From Octopus vulgaris (lineage: Eukaryota), in NCBI GenBank assembly GCA_951406725.2, contig OX597817.1, forward strand, positions 3,286,001-3,350,000: a stretch of DNA of 64,000 nt, in the 5' to 3' direction. The position numbers and the translations under genes were made by a program. The notes below the pieces were generated by a model. The model was not told where the DNA came from, did not search any database, and was given only the letters and a program-made list of their open reading frames with translations. Below, piece by piece: positions 39,106-55,218 of the stretch (its first letter is position 1; each line of letters opens with the position of its first letter).

Positions 39106-39328
39106 ATACAACCCGTTAAAATAACTGCTCCGCAATGTAACTTTCTATTATGTAGAGAGGAAAACAGTCACATGGAGGACATATCTTCATTTATAAAGAA
39201 GATCAAAAATAAAATCACAGATAGAAAAAAGAGAAAGGAACATGCAGTACTGTGAGCAAAGTATTAAAAATAACCATTAACAAATGTGGATGTATAAACA
39301 CCCTTGGGCAAACTGCATGGTGCGAATA

Positions 39329-39405
39329 CACTTGCTCATGCAAGCATCCGCAAAAATGTGAGTATACGCAGACTTGATGTTTGGTGCACTCATGATCACA
39401 AAGTG
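39329..39405 (-). promoter_or_regulatory. SECIS-like hairpin (candidate)
   Basis: CACTT..ATGAG-TGCA(CCA)AACATC-AAGTC-TGCG[14]TGCG-GATGCTTGCA-TGAG.AAGTG: AUGA/GA quartet, apical AA and a mini-stem. Confidence 0.4.
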
Positions 39406-39501
39406 AGTTAACTCTCTAAAAATGGTGTTTGTAAGAATGGGGAAGTTAAAAGTAAACTTAAGTCATCCATACCTTAACAGTATGTTAAATTATGCTAATT
39501 G

Positions 39502-40068
39502 TTACTCAAAATTCATTCCCACTGCAAAAGTACATTTATATGTGTGTAGGCATCACGAGAGTCTATCAGGAATTCTATTAATGATCTTCTCATTAGTCCA
39601 CAGAACAGACAGGGATTCCTTGGAGCAGAAACAGCATCCCCTGTTTGGTTTCGCGTGTCTTACTATGGACCAAGTTATGCTGTATTTCATTTTATCCTCC
39701 TTCAGTCACCGTACAAAACCTGCCAAAGATGTTGAATGTCTCTTACTGATTGTCTTAAAGCTGGTGACATGGTTACAATAACAATTCTTAAATGGATCAG
39801 CCATCTGCCCAATGTAAACATATGGCCCTCCCCTTGTGTAACCTGTACAGTTATATATAAGATTTGTACTCATACAGAGATGCATCAAAGGACATTTAGA
39901 TTTTTCTCAGCATGAGCTTTTATCATATTTATTTGTATATAAGACAGTCCTGATTCCACTTATTGATGTTGTTACTTTGTCAGCAGTATCATAAACATTG
40001 TGGTGGTGTATAATGTTGGAAGAATTATCAGTGTTGTGTATGCCTGTTTCTTGTACATATTGAAGTTT
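39502..40068 (-). pseudogene. Penelope-like element (Naiad-like) linker + GIY-YIG endonuclease remnant
   Basis: One frame of 189 codons: NIIHHHN...SSC*EKSKCPLMHLC..NLIY...YIG....FK...NH..SF....STSLA.FVR*LK...YSITWSI...CCFCSKE...IN.....S*CLH. Motif order matches C-terminal-EN PLEs of the Naiad type. Confidence 0.8.
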
Positions 40069-40089
40069 TTACAGTACTCCTCCCTAGCA

Positions 40090-40245
40090 CCTGGATCTCT
40101 TCCTGCTGAGAGTCCCAGTTGAACCTACATCGTGACAGGAGGCGCAAATGAGGGCAGTGTCATCAAACTCCTTTATTGACCAAATGCCACATATCAGAGG
40201 AGGCTTTCAATAATATTGTAGCAAAGCAGTGGCGCCCCAGCATGA
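40090..40245 (+). pseudogene. CR1-like LINE 3' end fragment
   Basis: CTGGATCTCTTCCTG...GAACCTAC...GGCGCCCCAGCATG matches 57120-57405 and 58640-58815. Confidence 0.65.
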
Positions 40246-40732
40246 CTCATTGGTTAGAGCATAGTGAGTGTAGTAGAAATGGTTTGTGATGTCACTGGTG
40301 CCAAGCTGAATCAGACTTTCATATACATACATACATACATGCATATAATATATATATATATTTATATCATATACATATATACGTATAACATATATATATA
40401 TATATATAACATATATATATATATCATTACTCTTTATCTTATATTAAACTTTTAATACTTTTTGATAGTTATATATTAAAAAAAAACAAAAAAAAAACAG
40501 CTTAAGCTCCACAAGGCTCTGGCAGGGGGTGGTGGTGATCCCTGTTGTACTGTTTCGCCACAACTTTTTCTCACTCTTTCTTCTGTTGGCCTGCTCTCTT
40601 AGACAGTGGGGTGGCATCATTTGAATGCTAAAACAGTGTGAAACACATTGTGTCCAGCAATGTGTAGCAACATCTGATAGCCTGGTCAGTCACGGTGATC
40701 ACGGTGGTATATATATATATATATATACACAT

Positions 40733-40813
<81 letters not shown>

Positions 40814-40816
<3 letters not shown>

Positions 40817-41097
40817 CCTCAGGCTGACCAAACCCTTGTGAGTGGATTTCATACTAGGAAACTGAAAGAAGACTGTCGTATATATGCGTATATTTTTGTG
40901 TGTGTTTGTATCCCTACCATTGCTTGACAACCGATGTTGCTGAGTTTACATTCCCATAGCTAAGCAGTTAGACAAAAGACGGTAAGAGAATAAAGCACTA
41001 GGCTTACAAAGATAAATCCTGTGGTTGATTTGTTTGACCAACAGCGGTGCTCCTACATGGCTGCAGTCACATGACTGAAACAAGTAAAACAATAAAA
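40814..41097 (+). mobile_element. SINE family A, 3' part
   Basis: Family A middle and tail following (TA)n. Confidence 0.8.
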
Positions 41098-41114
41098 AAA
41101 CTATGCCTTTTTAA

Positions 41115-41143
41115 TACCGAGCAAGGCTGGGTATCTCTGCTAG
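41115..41143 (+). mobile_element. Helitron-type 3' terminus
   Basis: Hairpin TACCGAGC-AAG-GCTGGGTA followed 6 nt later by CTAG|T. Confidence 0.45.
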
Positions 41144-41632
41144 TTATATTTTTATATACACATACACTATATGTATTTGATAGCAATGAAATTTTCTTAG
41201 TTTAGAGGCACTCATCAGATGTTTAAAGAGATGGGGCTGTATTCTGCTGGTATATGTTGAAATGAGAAATTCTAATGTGCAACAAATAGTGCAGTATGTA
41301 TAATGAAGTATGCACATTTGTGTATTAACAAAGAAAACTTGAAATATAAAATTTCTGTGTAAATTTGATATGATAAACTGATATAGCATAAGATTTTCAC
41401 AAATATTTTCTCAGTATCTCAAAGTAAAACTTATTTTTAATGCAAGCAATTGAAAAGACACAGTTGAGAGAGGGTTGAGATAGAGAGAGTGGGAGGGAGA
41501 GAGAGAGAGAGAGCATTGCAAAGAAAGAAACTGAGGATAAGAGTGAGAGAGGAAAATGTGTAAGTATAGAGAAATAGAAAGCCAAATTGAGATAGTGGCA
41601 GTCAACGAAGAAATGGGAAGAAAGAGAGAGAA

Positions 41633-41674
<42 letters not shown>

Positions 41675-43063
41675 GGGCAGACAGTCTGACAGACCGAGTA
41701 TTTCAAGGAATGAAGCTGGAGATAAGAGTGAGAGAAGAAATGTTACAAGGACAGAGAAAGAGAAAGACTAAGAGAAATAGAAGTGGTAAACAAAGAAATG
41801 GAAAGAGTGATAGAAAGAGAGAGAGAGAAGGGAGTAAGATGTTGAAAACCACAATCTCAACGAATTTAAATCAAATTGAGTAGTTGAGATCTTCAATAAT
41901 TAAAGGAAATTAAAAACCACATTTTAATAAAAATATATCAAAATTGGAATTCTTAAGAACTTCCTCAAGAATGTAAATTTTAATAATTCCTTTCTTTTAG
42001 TAAAATCAACTGACAAGAAGTTTTCATATATATATGTATATATATGTGTGTGTATATATATATATATATGTATGTACATAGTATGCAGTTTGAATATTTG
42101 CTATGCATTGTGATTATTGGTTCTTGCAGGTTATTTTACTTATAATTTACACATAATTTACATGTATAAATTATGTATAAAATTATGTGTAAAAATGGTA
42201 TACATTCAGTTTTGTTTATCTACTTATTCACATTTCAAAGTTTATTATTATTGTTGTGGGTGTCATGGTTCTAACAAGTAGTTTATCATATTATTGCATT
42301 AATTATTTTTAAAGTTGATATTTAAACTTTTTTAAAAATGGCTAAATCAGACTGTGCTTATATATTTACCAACCCTGCTATCATTCACCTCTGTCATCAG
42401 AAGCCATATAAATTTTTTTGTTGTGCCTTAGAAAGCTGTACAACCCACTTTGAGCAGCACTGTTTTAGGGGATCTTGGTTTCACCACAAAAGGATAATGG
42501 AAAACAAATATTCTGCAAGAAAGGCTGCTGATCTATTGCGGGTAATATTCTCCAAAACTAAAAAAAATCTATTCTAAGCAGTGAGGTGAACAGAGGCATA
42601 TAAAACAAAACAACCTGCATAGAAACATTGTGAAAGGCTTCTAGCAAATTTGAACTCACAAACCACAGATTAGTACTCTTATACACTGAGTGATTTCACT
42701 ATCATGTTAATTGCATTCAACAAAAGAGTAATCTGCCAAATGACAAATGAAGAAAAACAGAGATAATACCCAACTCAAGATTTTAGTTTTCTATAACAAG
42801 AGAAAACAATCTAAGTATTTAAGACAACTTAGATCTATACTTAAAAAAGCAGTAAGCAACACATGGTGTTTTGTAGAAAAGTAAACAAATGAAAAAAGGC
42901 TGGGAGAGCAAAAACTATTATTGAATCAAAGTGAAAGAGAAATTTGAGTAAACAAACAATGGCCTGCATTTGCAGAAACTAAGTACAATATATATCTATA
43001 AAACAAATAAAAATAAAAATAAATATTGAAATGTTTAAAGAGAGTTAAAAGAATTCAATTTAC

Positions 43064-43187
43064 TTCTTCAATATAGATATCAAATATCTCTGAGGTCATT
43101 TATCCACTGGTTTTGTGGTTGCCTATAGATGATATCTGGGATCCAGTTCAGACTGAATTTGAGGCACATCACTTATGTTGTTAACGC
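43064..43187 (-). other. Candidate upstream exon (5' UTR or short N-terminal exon)
   Basis: Non-repeat island in AT-rich DNA bounded by TTTATTCTTTCTCAAAG|G and GAA|GTAAAT; stops in all three frames; ends with ATG-started MTSEIFDIYIEE in phase 0. Confidence 0.35.
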
Positions 43188-45276
43188 CTTTGAGAAAGAA
43201 TAAATGCTATAATTTACCATTCAGCTATCCTAAAAATCTGAAATTTTATGCCATTACAAAGAATTTTGAAATCATTAGTTAAAACGAATTTCATAAATTA
43301 TTTATATACATATGTATGAAATTGTTTGTGAAATATTAAGAGAAAAAAATAGTTGATGAAATTATATTTACAAATATACTAATTGATAAGAAAGAAAATA
43401 TTTAAATATAGAAGTACAAAAATAAACCGTATGAGAGGTAGAAACTAAATAATAAAAAAAATTAAAAGTGAAAATGAAAATCAAATTTACTTTAAATTTA
43501 TTTTTAGGCATTTATTGCTGAAAATAATACTTCCAGAAATGGTGTATAATAATAATAATAATAATAATAATATTAATGATGATGATGATAATAATAATGA
43601 AATTATTGTATACAGTGCTCAGGTGCACCACAACTTGTCAAAAGTGCGTATAAAGCATATGCAGTAATGTACAAATGTCTGGAAAGTGAACAGTGTATGA
43701 GTCAGATACATGCTTGTGTGTAATATTAAAAAACTGGTTTCTTTCAATAAATGATAAGTTTAGTACTTTTATGAAAAGAAGTAAATTCAATGTAAGCAGT
43801 ATTTATTTTATTGACCACGGCAGAGGAAGCAATAAAAACCTACTGAAGAAAAGTATATGAGAAAAATAAGTAGTACTCTATCAATTTCGTGAACTCCAAA
43901 TTCCATTTAATTTTTTTTTAAATTGCTGTCATGTAATAGAGAAGAACATAAAGAAGAAACTTTTGTGACAAATAAAACCCTCCCTACCCAAAATGGATGT
44001 CTGAAAAATAATGAACATAAACGACAATACTGATGTGTGCAAAAGATAGTTTTTGATAAAGCCATTACTTCTCATAATTATACAAAAAAAAAAAAAAAAA
44101 AAGGACTGCAAATCTTCAAATTCTAAGCAGACAAATGAAAAAGTTTAAAGAAATTTCAAGTATAATTTATAACAAAACTGATGAAAGAAATGTTTGTCAG
44201 TTTCAGAAAATGCTTTTCCTTATTTCCATGTGAACACATGAAGTATGCATGTATTTACATTTAGCTGTAATACATTTACGAATCTGTGCATATATGGTGT
44301 GTGCTTGTTTAATACAACAGTAATTTATTGTTTTCAGTTTAAGTAGAGCAGTAATAAAATATGCAATTAAAATAATTTATACTGCAAGAAATACTGGTAG
44401 GACAACACTTTGACTAACATTAAAAAAAGCTAAAAAGCAAAAAACACTATAATAAGATCTTCTTTAATATATTTTGATTCATTGAAGTATTCTTTATATA
44501 ATAGTATTTGGGTACCATTTGAAATATGGACATATTCTGTTGGAAAATTTTCTAAACTAGAGTAAAAGTAAAAAAAATTGGTATTCATACAAAGTTGCTG
44601 GGTTTTTTTTTTTTATTTTGCATTGAAAAGTAATAAAATAAAATGTTACATTTACTATTAGTTAACTAAGTCAAACTAACTAATTCATTCTCACACCTGC
44701 ATCATTTTCATTTTCGTAGCCCCTGAAATGGCTGCAAGGCCAGATATTTTAGCAGAGTAGATACTCAGTACAGTTATTGAATGGTACTTTATTGACACCA
44801 GCGGTAAGAAATACTCTCTCGCTCTTTCTTTCTCACATACATATAGATAGATAGATAGATAGATAGATAGACAGACAGAGATACAGAGGTAGATGGATAG
44901 ATAAATAGATAGACAGATATACATAGATACATATGTGCAAACACAAATATTTATAGGTACATATTTATAGTATATATGCCATATATACATACATATTAAC
45001 ATATGTATAAACATATCTATACCTATCATCATCATCATTGTATAATTTCTGCTTTCCATGCTAGCATGGGTGGAACACACACATATATATATATATATAA
45101 CAGGAAGCTTTACGAAAATAAACAAAAGATGAAGGCAGGTGGAGTACAAACAAACAATTGTATTAGTATGGTGCTCAGGAATAGAAATAAAACAAGTCTT
45201 TATATATATATAGTCTTTATATATATATATATATATATATAAGTCTTTGTATATATATATGAAAGTATAGACATCC

Positions 45277-46624
45277 CTGTGGTAAGAAGTTTGCTTCCCA
45301 ACCGTGTAGTTCTGGGTTCAGTCCCACTGCATGGCACCTTTGGCAAGTATATTCTACTGTCACCCGAGGCCAACCAAAGACCTGGTGGACAGAAACTGAA
45401 AGAAGTTCATCATATATATATATATATATATGCGGGTTCAGTCCCACTGCGTGGCATCTTGGGCAAGTGTCTTCTGCTATAGCCCCGGGCCGACTAATGG
45501 CTTGTGAGTGGATTTGGTAGACGGAAACTGAAAGAAGCCTGTCGTATATATGTATATATATATATATATGTATGTGTGTCTGTGTTTGTCCCCCTAGCAT
45601 TGCTTGACAACCGATGCTGGTGTGTTTATGTCCCCGTTACTTAGCGGTTTGGCAAAAGAGACCGATAGAATAAGTACTGGGCTTACAAAAAGAAGAAGTC
45701 CCGGGGTCGAGTTGCTCGATTAAAGGCAGTGCTCCAGCATGGCTGCAGTCAAATGACTGAAACAAGTAAAAGAGTAAAGAGTATATATATCAATACACAC
45801 ATGTATGTCTGTGTGTTAGTCCACACCAACTACTGCTTGGCAGCTAGTGTTTACATCTCCATAACTTAACAGTTTGGTAAAAAGAGACTGGTAGAATAAA
45901 TAACAAGCTTGGAAAGAATGTACTGGGGTTGGTTTGTTTGAGAAAACCCTTCTTGGCAGTGCCCCAGAATGGTTGCAGTCATATGACTGATAGAAGTGAA
46001 AGATGAAAGATATGCATATGCATGAATGAATATATAGACACACACATGTATATAACATGTATAAACATGTATAAACATGTATGCACAGACACACATCATC
46101 ACCATCGTCATCACATGGACAGGTTGATAGGATCCAGTAAGCTACAGAGCTGCATTTAGCTTAAATGTACATACTGGGCACTTTTACAGCACGTATTGAG
46201 TGCTTTTTTTTCATGCTTCAGTAGGTATAGGAGTGACTGTGTGGTAAGTAGCTTGTTTACCAACCACATGGTTCCAGGTTCAGTCCCACTTGGGCAGGTG
46301 TCTTCTACTATAGCCTTGGGTCGACCAAAGCCTTGTGAGCGGATTTGGTAGATGGAAACTGAAAGAAGCCCGTCGTATATATGTTTATGTATATGTATAT
46401 GTGTGTGTATATGTTTGTGTGTCTGTGTTTGTCCCCCCAGCATTGCTTGACAACTGATGCTGGTGTGTTTATGTCACCGTAACTTAGCGGTTCAGCAAAA
46501 GAGACTGATAGGCTAAGTACTAGGCTTACAAAGAATAAGTGCCAGGGTCAATTTGCTCAACTAAAGGTGGTGCTCCAGCATGGCCACAGTCAAATGACTG
46601 GAACGACTAAAAGAGTAAAAAGAG
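45277..46624 (+). mobile_element. Cluster of family A SINEs (nested and tandem)
   Basis: Older copy split into 45277-45415 and 45810-46010 around a younger copy at 45433-45782; separate full copy at 46222-46624. Confidence 0.85.
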
Positions 46625-46923
46625 GCTAGAAAACTTGCAAGACACGAAAGTACATTAGAAGGAAAAGGGAAAATTCCCCTTGTCTAAAAGGGATTTTGAG
46701 ATGGAGGGTTGCAGATGCTAGGTATTGAAGGACTAAACAGTATGACAGTGGACAGTCTAGGGTGTTCTATAGATGAGATATGTAGCTACTGCACATTATA
46801 TAGTGGTAGGAGAGAGTAGCTGGAAAGAAGACAGAGATGACGGTAATTAGATGCTTGAGTATCTTAAGATGCAAGTTGATGTAACAGGGGAGTAACAAAT
46901 GGTCAGAAATGGGGGTAGAGATA

Positions 46924-47156
46924 CAAAGCAGCGAGCTGGCAGAAACATTAGCATGTCGGACGAAATGCTAAGCAGTATTTTGTCTCCCGTTATGTTCTGA
47001 GTTCAAATGCCGAGAGGTTGACTTTGCCTTTCATCCTTCCAGGGTCGATAAATTAAGTACCAGTTGTGCACTGGGGTCGATGTAATCGACTTAATCCGTT
47101 TGTCTGTCCTTGTTTGTCCCCTCTGTGTCTAGCCCCTTGTAGGCAATAAAGAAATA
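46924..47156 (+). mobile_element. SINE family E with 19-bp TSD
   Basis: AGAAATGGGGGTAGAGATA at 46905-46923 and 47157-47175. Confidence 0.9.
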
Positions 47157-48707
47157 AGAAATGGGGGTAGAGATAGGTGTAGTGAGTGATGAACAGAGGT
47201 AGAGGTGCAGTTTTGGAAATATCAATATGGAGATTAGGTAAGATGAAAGGGGCAGAACGGGTTCAAAGAGGAATGAATCAGAAAGTAAGGGGATAATGTG
47301 CAAAGTGTAGGAATATGTAGGGGTACAAAGGATGCCTTTAGAAAGTAGGTTGCGAAGGTAGATATGGGAGGGTGGAGGGAGTGATAGTAGATATGAGGGA
47401 GAGATAGTTGAAAGGTACAGAAAGGAAGTAATCATCATCATCATCATCATCATCGTTTAACGTCCGCTTTCCATGCTAGTATGGGTTGGACGATTTGACT
47501 GAGGTCTTGCAAACCTGATGGCTGCACCAGGCTCCAATCTGATCTGGCAGAGTTTCTATAGCTGGATGCCCTTCCCAATGCCAACCACTCCGAGAGTGAT
47601 GATTAGAAATAGTGCAGGAAGGGATGATAATGAGAATAAGGATTTAAAGTGGTTCAAGGGTGGTGGGGTGGGGGTGGAAGGAAACTGGAAACACAGTTGT
47701 AATGCATACAGATTCTGCTCTTGAGGGATTACAGCAGCTGAATAGTACCAAAGGGAAAGGAGTGAGGGCTGTTAGATATATTTGAGGTGATGACGATGAT
47801 GATGATGGGGATGATGGGGATGAGGGGATACATGATGATGATGATGATGATGATGATGATGGGGATACATTTGAGCAGAGAGAGAGAGAGAAAGGGGAAG
47901 GATAGCTACCCACCACTCACAGACATAACCAGACTGGTTTTAGGACATCATTTTTGCAGTGATAGACAGGACTCCTTGAGCACAACAGATTGCTATTCAT
48001 CTCAGTCCATTGTCAGCTCCTCAGTAAAGCTCAGCAACTTGAGATAATCCCTCACTACTTGGTCCCATGATTTTTCTGAGTCTCTCTGCACAAGTTCCAT
48101 CCACTTTAAGTGACCGGCACTTCTCTATTCAGTGTACTCATCCCTTTGCATCATATGACCAAATCAGCCTAGTTTTCTCTCTTGCACACTTCATCTCATT
48201 CCTCTGATGCCTAATTTTTCTCTTGATACCTTAGCATTTTAATCCCAGGTGCACAGATATTGCACATCAATTAGAGCAAATGAGCTACATTCCTCTGAAG
48301 TTTTCACATGTCCTCAGCATTCACAACCCATTTCTCATGCATTTGTAAAATTCTGCACAGATAAATATATTAAACAAGCAAAATCTAAGACATGCCTGAT
48401 TTTTGCATGTTTTTTTCCTATTTTTACAATTTCACAATAAATCATATTACAACATTATAAGTACTTTCGTGTTTTAGTACAATGTTCAGGTAATAGCAAC
48501 ATTAGAAAACAACTAATGTGCTTCCGATTTGACAACTTTATCTACTTCATAAACTGTGTCACGTGACAACTACCTGAAGATTTCTATAAAACATGGGAGT
48601 ACTTGCAATGTTGTAATATGTCATTTTGTAAAATTCGAAAAGTGCTAAAATAAAACGCTAAAATTGAACTGGAATTTGGTTGACTTTATATATGTATATA
48701 TATATAT

Positions 48708-50491
<1,784 letters not shown>

Positions 50492-50500
50492 TACACATGC

Positions 50501-50531
<31 letters not shown>

Positions 50532-50585
50532 TACACATATGCATATACATACTCACACATGCTTATACACACACACACATATATA

Positions 50586-51163
50586 TGGAGTCATCCCATA
50601 AATAATGAATGTGGTTTTTTTTTTAATTGCATGAACTAAAAGTTGGAGGGGGACAAGGTAAACTACCTGCATCAACTTGCTATAAAAGCAGGTAGTCATT
50701 TTACCTTGAATTTATTAATAGTCCAAGATTTGAAGAGTGCTGTTCTATTCTAACAGTTATTTTTTCGAAGCTATATGAGTTCAATAAAGGCAACAATGCA
50801 ACAGAAAGTGTGAGAAACATTAATGCAGTATATGGGGATCGGACAATAAGTGTACGCCAGCGTCCACAGTGGTTCCAGAAATTCTGATCCTGAAACTATT
50901 GCCTAGAAGATGAGCCTCATCCTGGAAGCACATCTTGCAAGCACATCCTGCAAGCCCTGGTGGAACAAAATCTCATCGTAACCATTGAGGAATTAGCGGA
51001 GAAGCTTGGATTTGGTCATTCAACCATTCATCAACATCTGTGTGCCATCTGAAAAGTCAACAAATTGGATCAATGGGTTCCTCACAAACTTTCCGAGTTT
51101 AATCGTGTGCAGAGGGTGAATGTGTGCTCTTCTTTGCTGTCAGGTCTCACAAATTAACCATTT
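50586..51163 (+). pseudogene. Mariner transposon remnant (5' end and N-terminal transposase)
   Basis: From about 50771: LYEFNKGNNATESVRNINAVYG...WFQKF*...LEDEPHPG...TIEELAEKLG..HSTIHQHL...QWVPHKLS. HTH region and WVPHxL motif, with stops and a frameshift. Confidence 0.85.
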
Positions 51164-51376
51164 CATTTCACGTTGCTCTGCGATCATTTTGACATGAGAC
51201 ATGTGGTACCGTTGCACCTGTACAGGTAATGTCGATCTGATGGAGGGAGGGAGCTCATGTCTACACAAGCATTTGATCACTATAAACAAATTATCTGTGT
51301 GGTTGTTCGGTAATAAATTGCCAAACTCCCATACGTCGTTTAATGACGGGATAGCCCATCATATATATATATATCT

Positions 51377-51560
51377 ATGATAGATCGTTAGCCACTACAC
51401 ATATTTTTTTTCTCTCCTTGTTTTTTCTGTGTCCCTTTCTGTAGAAGAGCGTAGGATCAAAATGTAAAAGACTTTTTCTATTCCTGAGCATTATAATAAT
51501 ACATCTGTTTGTTTTGTACACCACCTGTCTTCGTCTTTTGTTTATTTTCGTAAACTTTCC

Positions 51561-51563
<3 letters not shown>
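51377..51563 (+). mobile_element. Solo PLE terminal repeat in (TA)n
   Basis: Highly similar to 55870-56066; a partial reverse copy lies at about 45100-45200. Confidence 0.8.
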
Positions 51564-51609
<46 letters not shown>

Positions 51610-54168
51610 CACATTCCTTGACTGGTACCCATGCTGGTGGCACATAAAAAGCACTATTCAAGTGTGGTTGATGCCAGTGCCACTAGACTGGCTCCTGTGC
51701 CAGTGACATGTAAAAAGCACCCACTACACTCTTGGAGTGGTTGGTGTTAGGAAGAGCATACAGGTGTAGAATCCTTGCCAAATCATACTGGAGCCTGGTG
51801 CAGCCTCCTGGCTTGCCAGTCCTCAGTCAAACTGCCCAACCCATGCCAGCATGGAAAATGAACATTAAACGACAAGATAATGATGATGTTAGGCAGTTAG
51901 CACTAGGAGGGGCATTAGAATCCATGCAAATCAGACATTAGTGTATGACACCAATCCTGCAGCTTGTAAAAACCTGGTGAAATGATGATGGTAGGGGAAA
52001 GAATTAGAGAGGGAATGGTTGGTGAGGAGTAATGTAGGAGACAGGGAGAAGAGGGAGCAAAATGACAAGTAATGTCAAGGACTACTTTGGAGAAGAAGGT
52101 GAGGACAAGATAATTATTATGGGGTGGGTTGAGTAGATTGGATGAGTTTTTCAGGATCCAAGACAGTTCTTACTGGAGTTACACAGGTTTATTGTTGAGA
52201 GTGGAGTGAAGGGGTAGGTGATAGGGGAAGAAAGTAATTGGAGGGAAATAGAAAATTAATAACAGGAGGTTAGTTTGAGAATAGTAACAGGACAGTGAGA
52301 AGGGTTGAATACACAGAGATGCAGTGCTAGGGTACCCCATGGTATAATTTGATGTGTAAAGAGGTGCATGAAGAAAAGATATCATGGAATACTAGGATAC
52401 AAGGAAGAAAAGAAAAGGTAGTGTCAAGGGAGATGTGAGCATCTGAAACTGATAGAGGTAGTGGGGGTTGAGTAGGAGAAAAGGAAGTGATACTCCATAT
52501 GGAAAGGTAGAGTCGTGTGTTGAAGAGAGCTAAGAAATTGATTAGATGCTAGCTTATGTCCTCAAAATAATGTCCAAGAGAGCACAGCGGCAGGAGAATC
52601 AGGAAGGGTGGGTAAACATTGCCAGAGTGCAATTTCTCTTCACTAAACATCATGATCCAGGAGAACAGAGGGGTGGCAGATTATGTGTAACAGAGGAGAA
52701 GAGGAAGGAGGTATTAAGTATACAAAGAATAAGGAGCTTTCCTGTCAATTATGAGTGGTGTGGCATGAGAGGAAGAGATGAGGGTGTATAGAAAATATAC
52801 AGCTAGCAGAAAATAGGGTGGAGAGGTTTGAGGGTGGAGTGCATGCACAATACAATGAGTAAACAGAATGCATGTGCCTTTTCAACTATTTCAACAAGTA
52901 TTTTGCCAAGTTTGCGCTGGAGAGTGGAGAAGTAGGCATGGCTCTGTGGTTAAGAAGTTTGTGTCACATGCTTTCAAATTCAGTTCCATCACAGAACACT
53001 TTAGGCAATTGCCTTCTAGTATCTTTGTGGGCAGGCCAATGTCTCGTAAGGGAAATTGAGAGAGAGAAATTATATTTAGCCCATTGTGTACACATAGACA
53101 CACACGTGTTATATACAATAATATCTATACAATGTGTGTCTGTGTGTGTGTGTGTGTGTTCGTGTGTGCGCATGTACAAATGCGAATGTACATGTTTGGG
53201 GAAAATTTATTTGTCACCAATTAAGCAAAGCGGTCATGAGGTGAGCATTATAAAAGATCACTTTGTGCTTTAGAATACACATGAAACAGAATATGTTCTT
53301 GAAAAATATGTTAAGATAAGTAACAGGAAGAGCATCAACCTGTAATGTCCAGCCTACGATTGTCTGGAAAGATGGACGTTAAACAAATGACTGTCCAACT
53401 GACAAATGTATTAGAATATGAATGTATATACACGTTTCTGTGTGTGCGTATATGCGTGTGCGTGTGTGTGGAGAGAATGAGAGAAAGAGAGAGAAATTTA
53501 ATTAATGTTGAATAATTAATACAAATAAATGCAAACATATCAAAATATATATAAAATATTGATGTACAAAATATTAATGGATATATACACACAAACATAC
53601 ATTCAAGAAGCATACACACACAAACATGCATGCATACACACACACAAACGTACTTACGAATATAGAAATATAGACGAAATAGACATACATAATTCATTTC
53701 TCTATTCTTCAATGGCAGTATAAAAATAAGAGTAATTACAATTACACAATAAAAAAAAAGATATATACAATCATGGCGGTGCCCCAGCATGGCCACAGCT
53801 CGTGAGCTGAAACTAGATGAAATGAAATGAATCATATATGGAGTTAAATTTTTCCTGTTCTATCAAAGTTAAACATGTGTGTAAATATATATATATATAT
53901 ATGTGTATATATGTAAGAATGTATATATATGTGTGTGTATGTATGTGTATATATGTATATCTATGTATATTTATATATGTATGTATGTATGTATATATGT
54001 ATATATTTATATATGTATATATATATATTATATATGTATATATATATATTTATATATGTATATATATATATGTATATGTATATATATATATATTTATATA
54101 TGTATATATATATATGTATATGTGTATATATATTTATATATGTATATATATATGTATATGTGTATATA

Positions 54169-54221
<53 letters not shown>

Positions 54222-54224
54222 GAG

Positions 54225-54279
<55 letters not shown>

Positions 54280-54504
54280 TACATAGTTAGATAGAGATAC
54301 AAACACGCATACACACTGCGTGCACACACACACAAATTACTAATATATATATAAATATATATATACTCTTAGTCATTTGACAGCAGCTATGCTGGAGCAC
54401 TGCCTTTTAGTCAAGCAAATCAACCCCAGGACTTATTCTTTGTGAGCCTAGTACTTATTCTATCGGTCTTTTTGCCAAACCACTAAGTTATGGAGACATA
54501 AACA

Positions 54505-55218
54505 CGTGGATACCCCCTCACCACTAACCACACCGCACTTCTCAGAGCACGTTCCGTAGACCGTGCATCTGCTCTCTTCCCCTGAACCCACCCTGTAGTC
54601 TCCTGCCTCCCTTTTCCCCTCACTTACCACCCCACAACCCGACCTCTCCAATGCACCATTCTTTGAGCTTTCCGACATCTCCAGTCCGACCCGTCCACTT
54701 CACACCTCTTCTCTAACCGACCCTTCCCCTCCTTCAAACGAGCCCATAACCTACAAGACCTCTTGGTCCACAGCTCCTTCCCTGACCCTACCTCCCAACC
54801 TGGCTCGTTCCCCTTCTTCTGCCCACGCTGTCGCGCTTGCTCTTACCTCTCCAACACCACCCTCCTCACCGGCACCAATCATCGACACTATCACATCACC
54901 GACTCCTTCACCTGCACCTCCAGCAATATCATCTATTGCATCTCCTGCTCTCTCTGCCATTCCCTGTACATCGGACAAACGTGACGCCGCTTGGCTGACT
55001 GGTTTGAAGAACACCTCTGAGACATCGGCCTCGGCAATGACCCCTTGGACTCACGTCATTTGCGCTCCACCGGTCACTTCTTACAACACCTGTCTGTGTT
55101 CGGATTGTCCTTGCACAGAGGCCATCCGGATTCCCGTTTGCGCCATGAACAGGGATTAATCTTCTCTCTTTGCTCTTTAATGCCATTTGAGCTCAACTCT
55201 CCTCTCCTCTTCAACTAA
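54505..55218 (+). pseudogene. Penelope-like element (Neptune-like) RT thumb, Cys motif and GIY-YIG endonuclease
   Basis: Single frame RGYP...PFPLTYHP...FKRAHNLQDLLV...CPRCRAC...FTCTSSNIIYCISCSLC..LYIGQT*RRLADWFEEHL*...RLRHEQGLIF.L....P.ELN with internal stops. Confidence 0.9.

Noticed and set aside
44170-44215. CTGATGA..GAAA..GTC hammerhead-like words
   Set aside because: No stem I or stem II can be formed around the core.
54664-55020. TGA stops in the Neptune-like ORF as selenocysteine codons
   Set aside because: They fall at Arg/Gly-type positions consistent with decay, a TAG is also present upstream in frame, and no SECIS-like hairpin was seen downstream.
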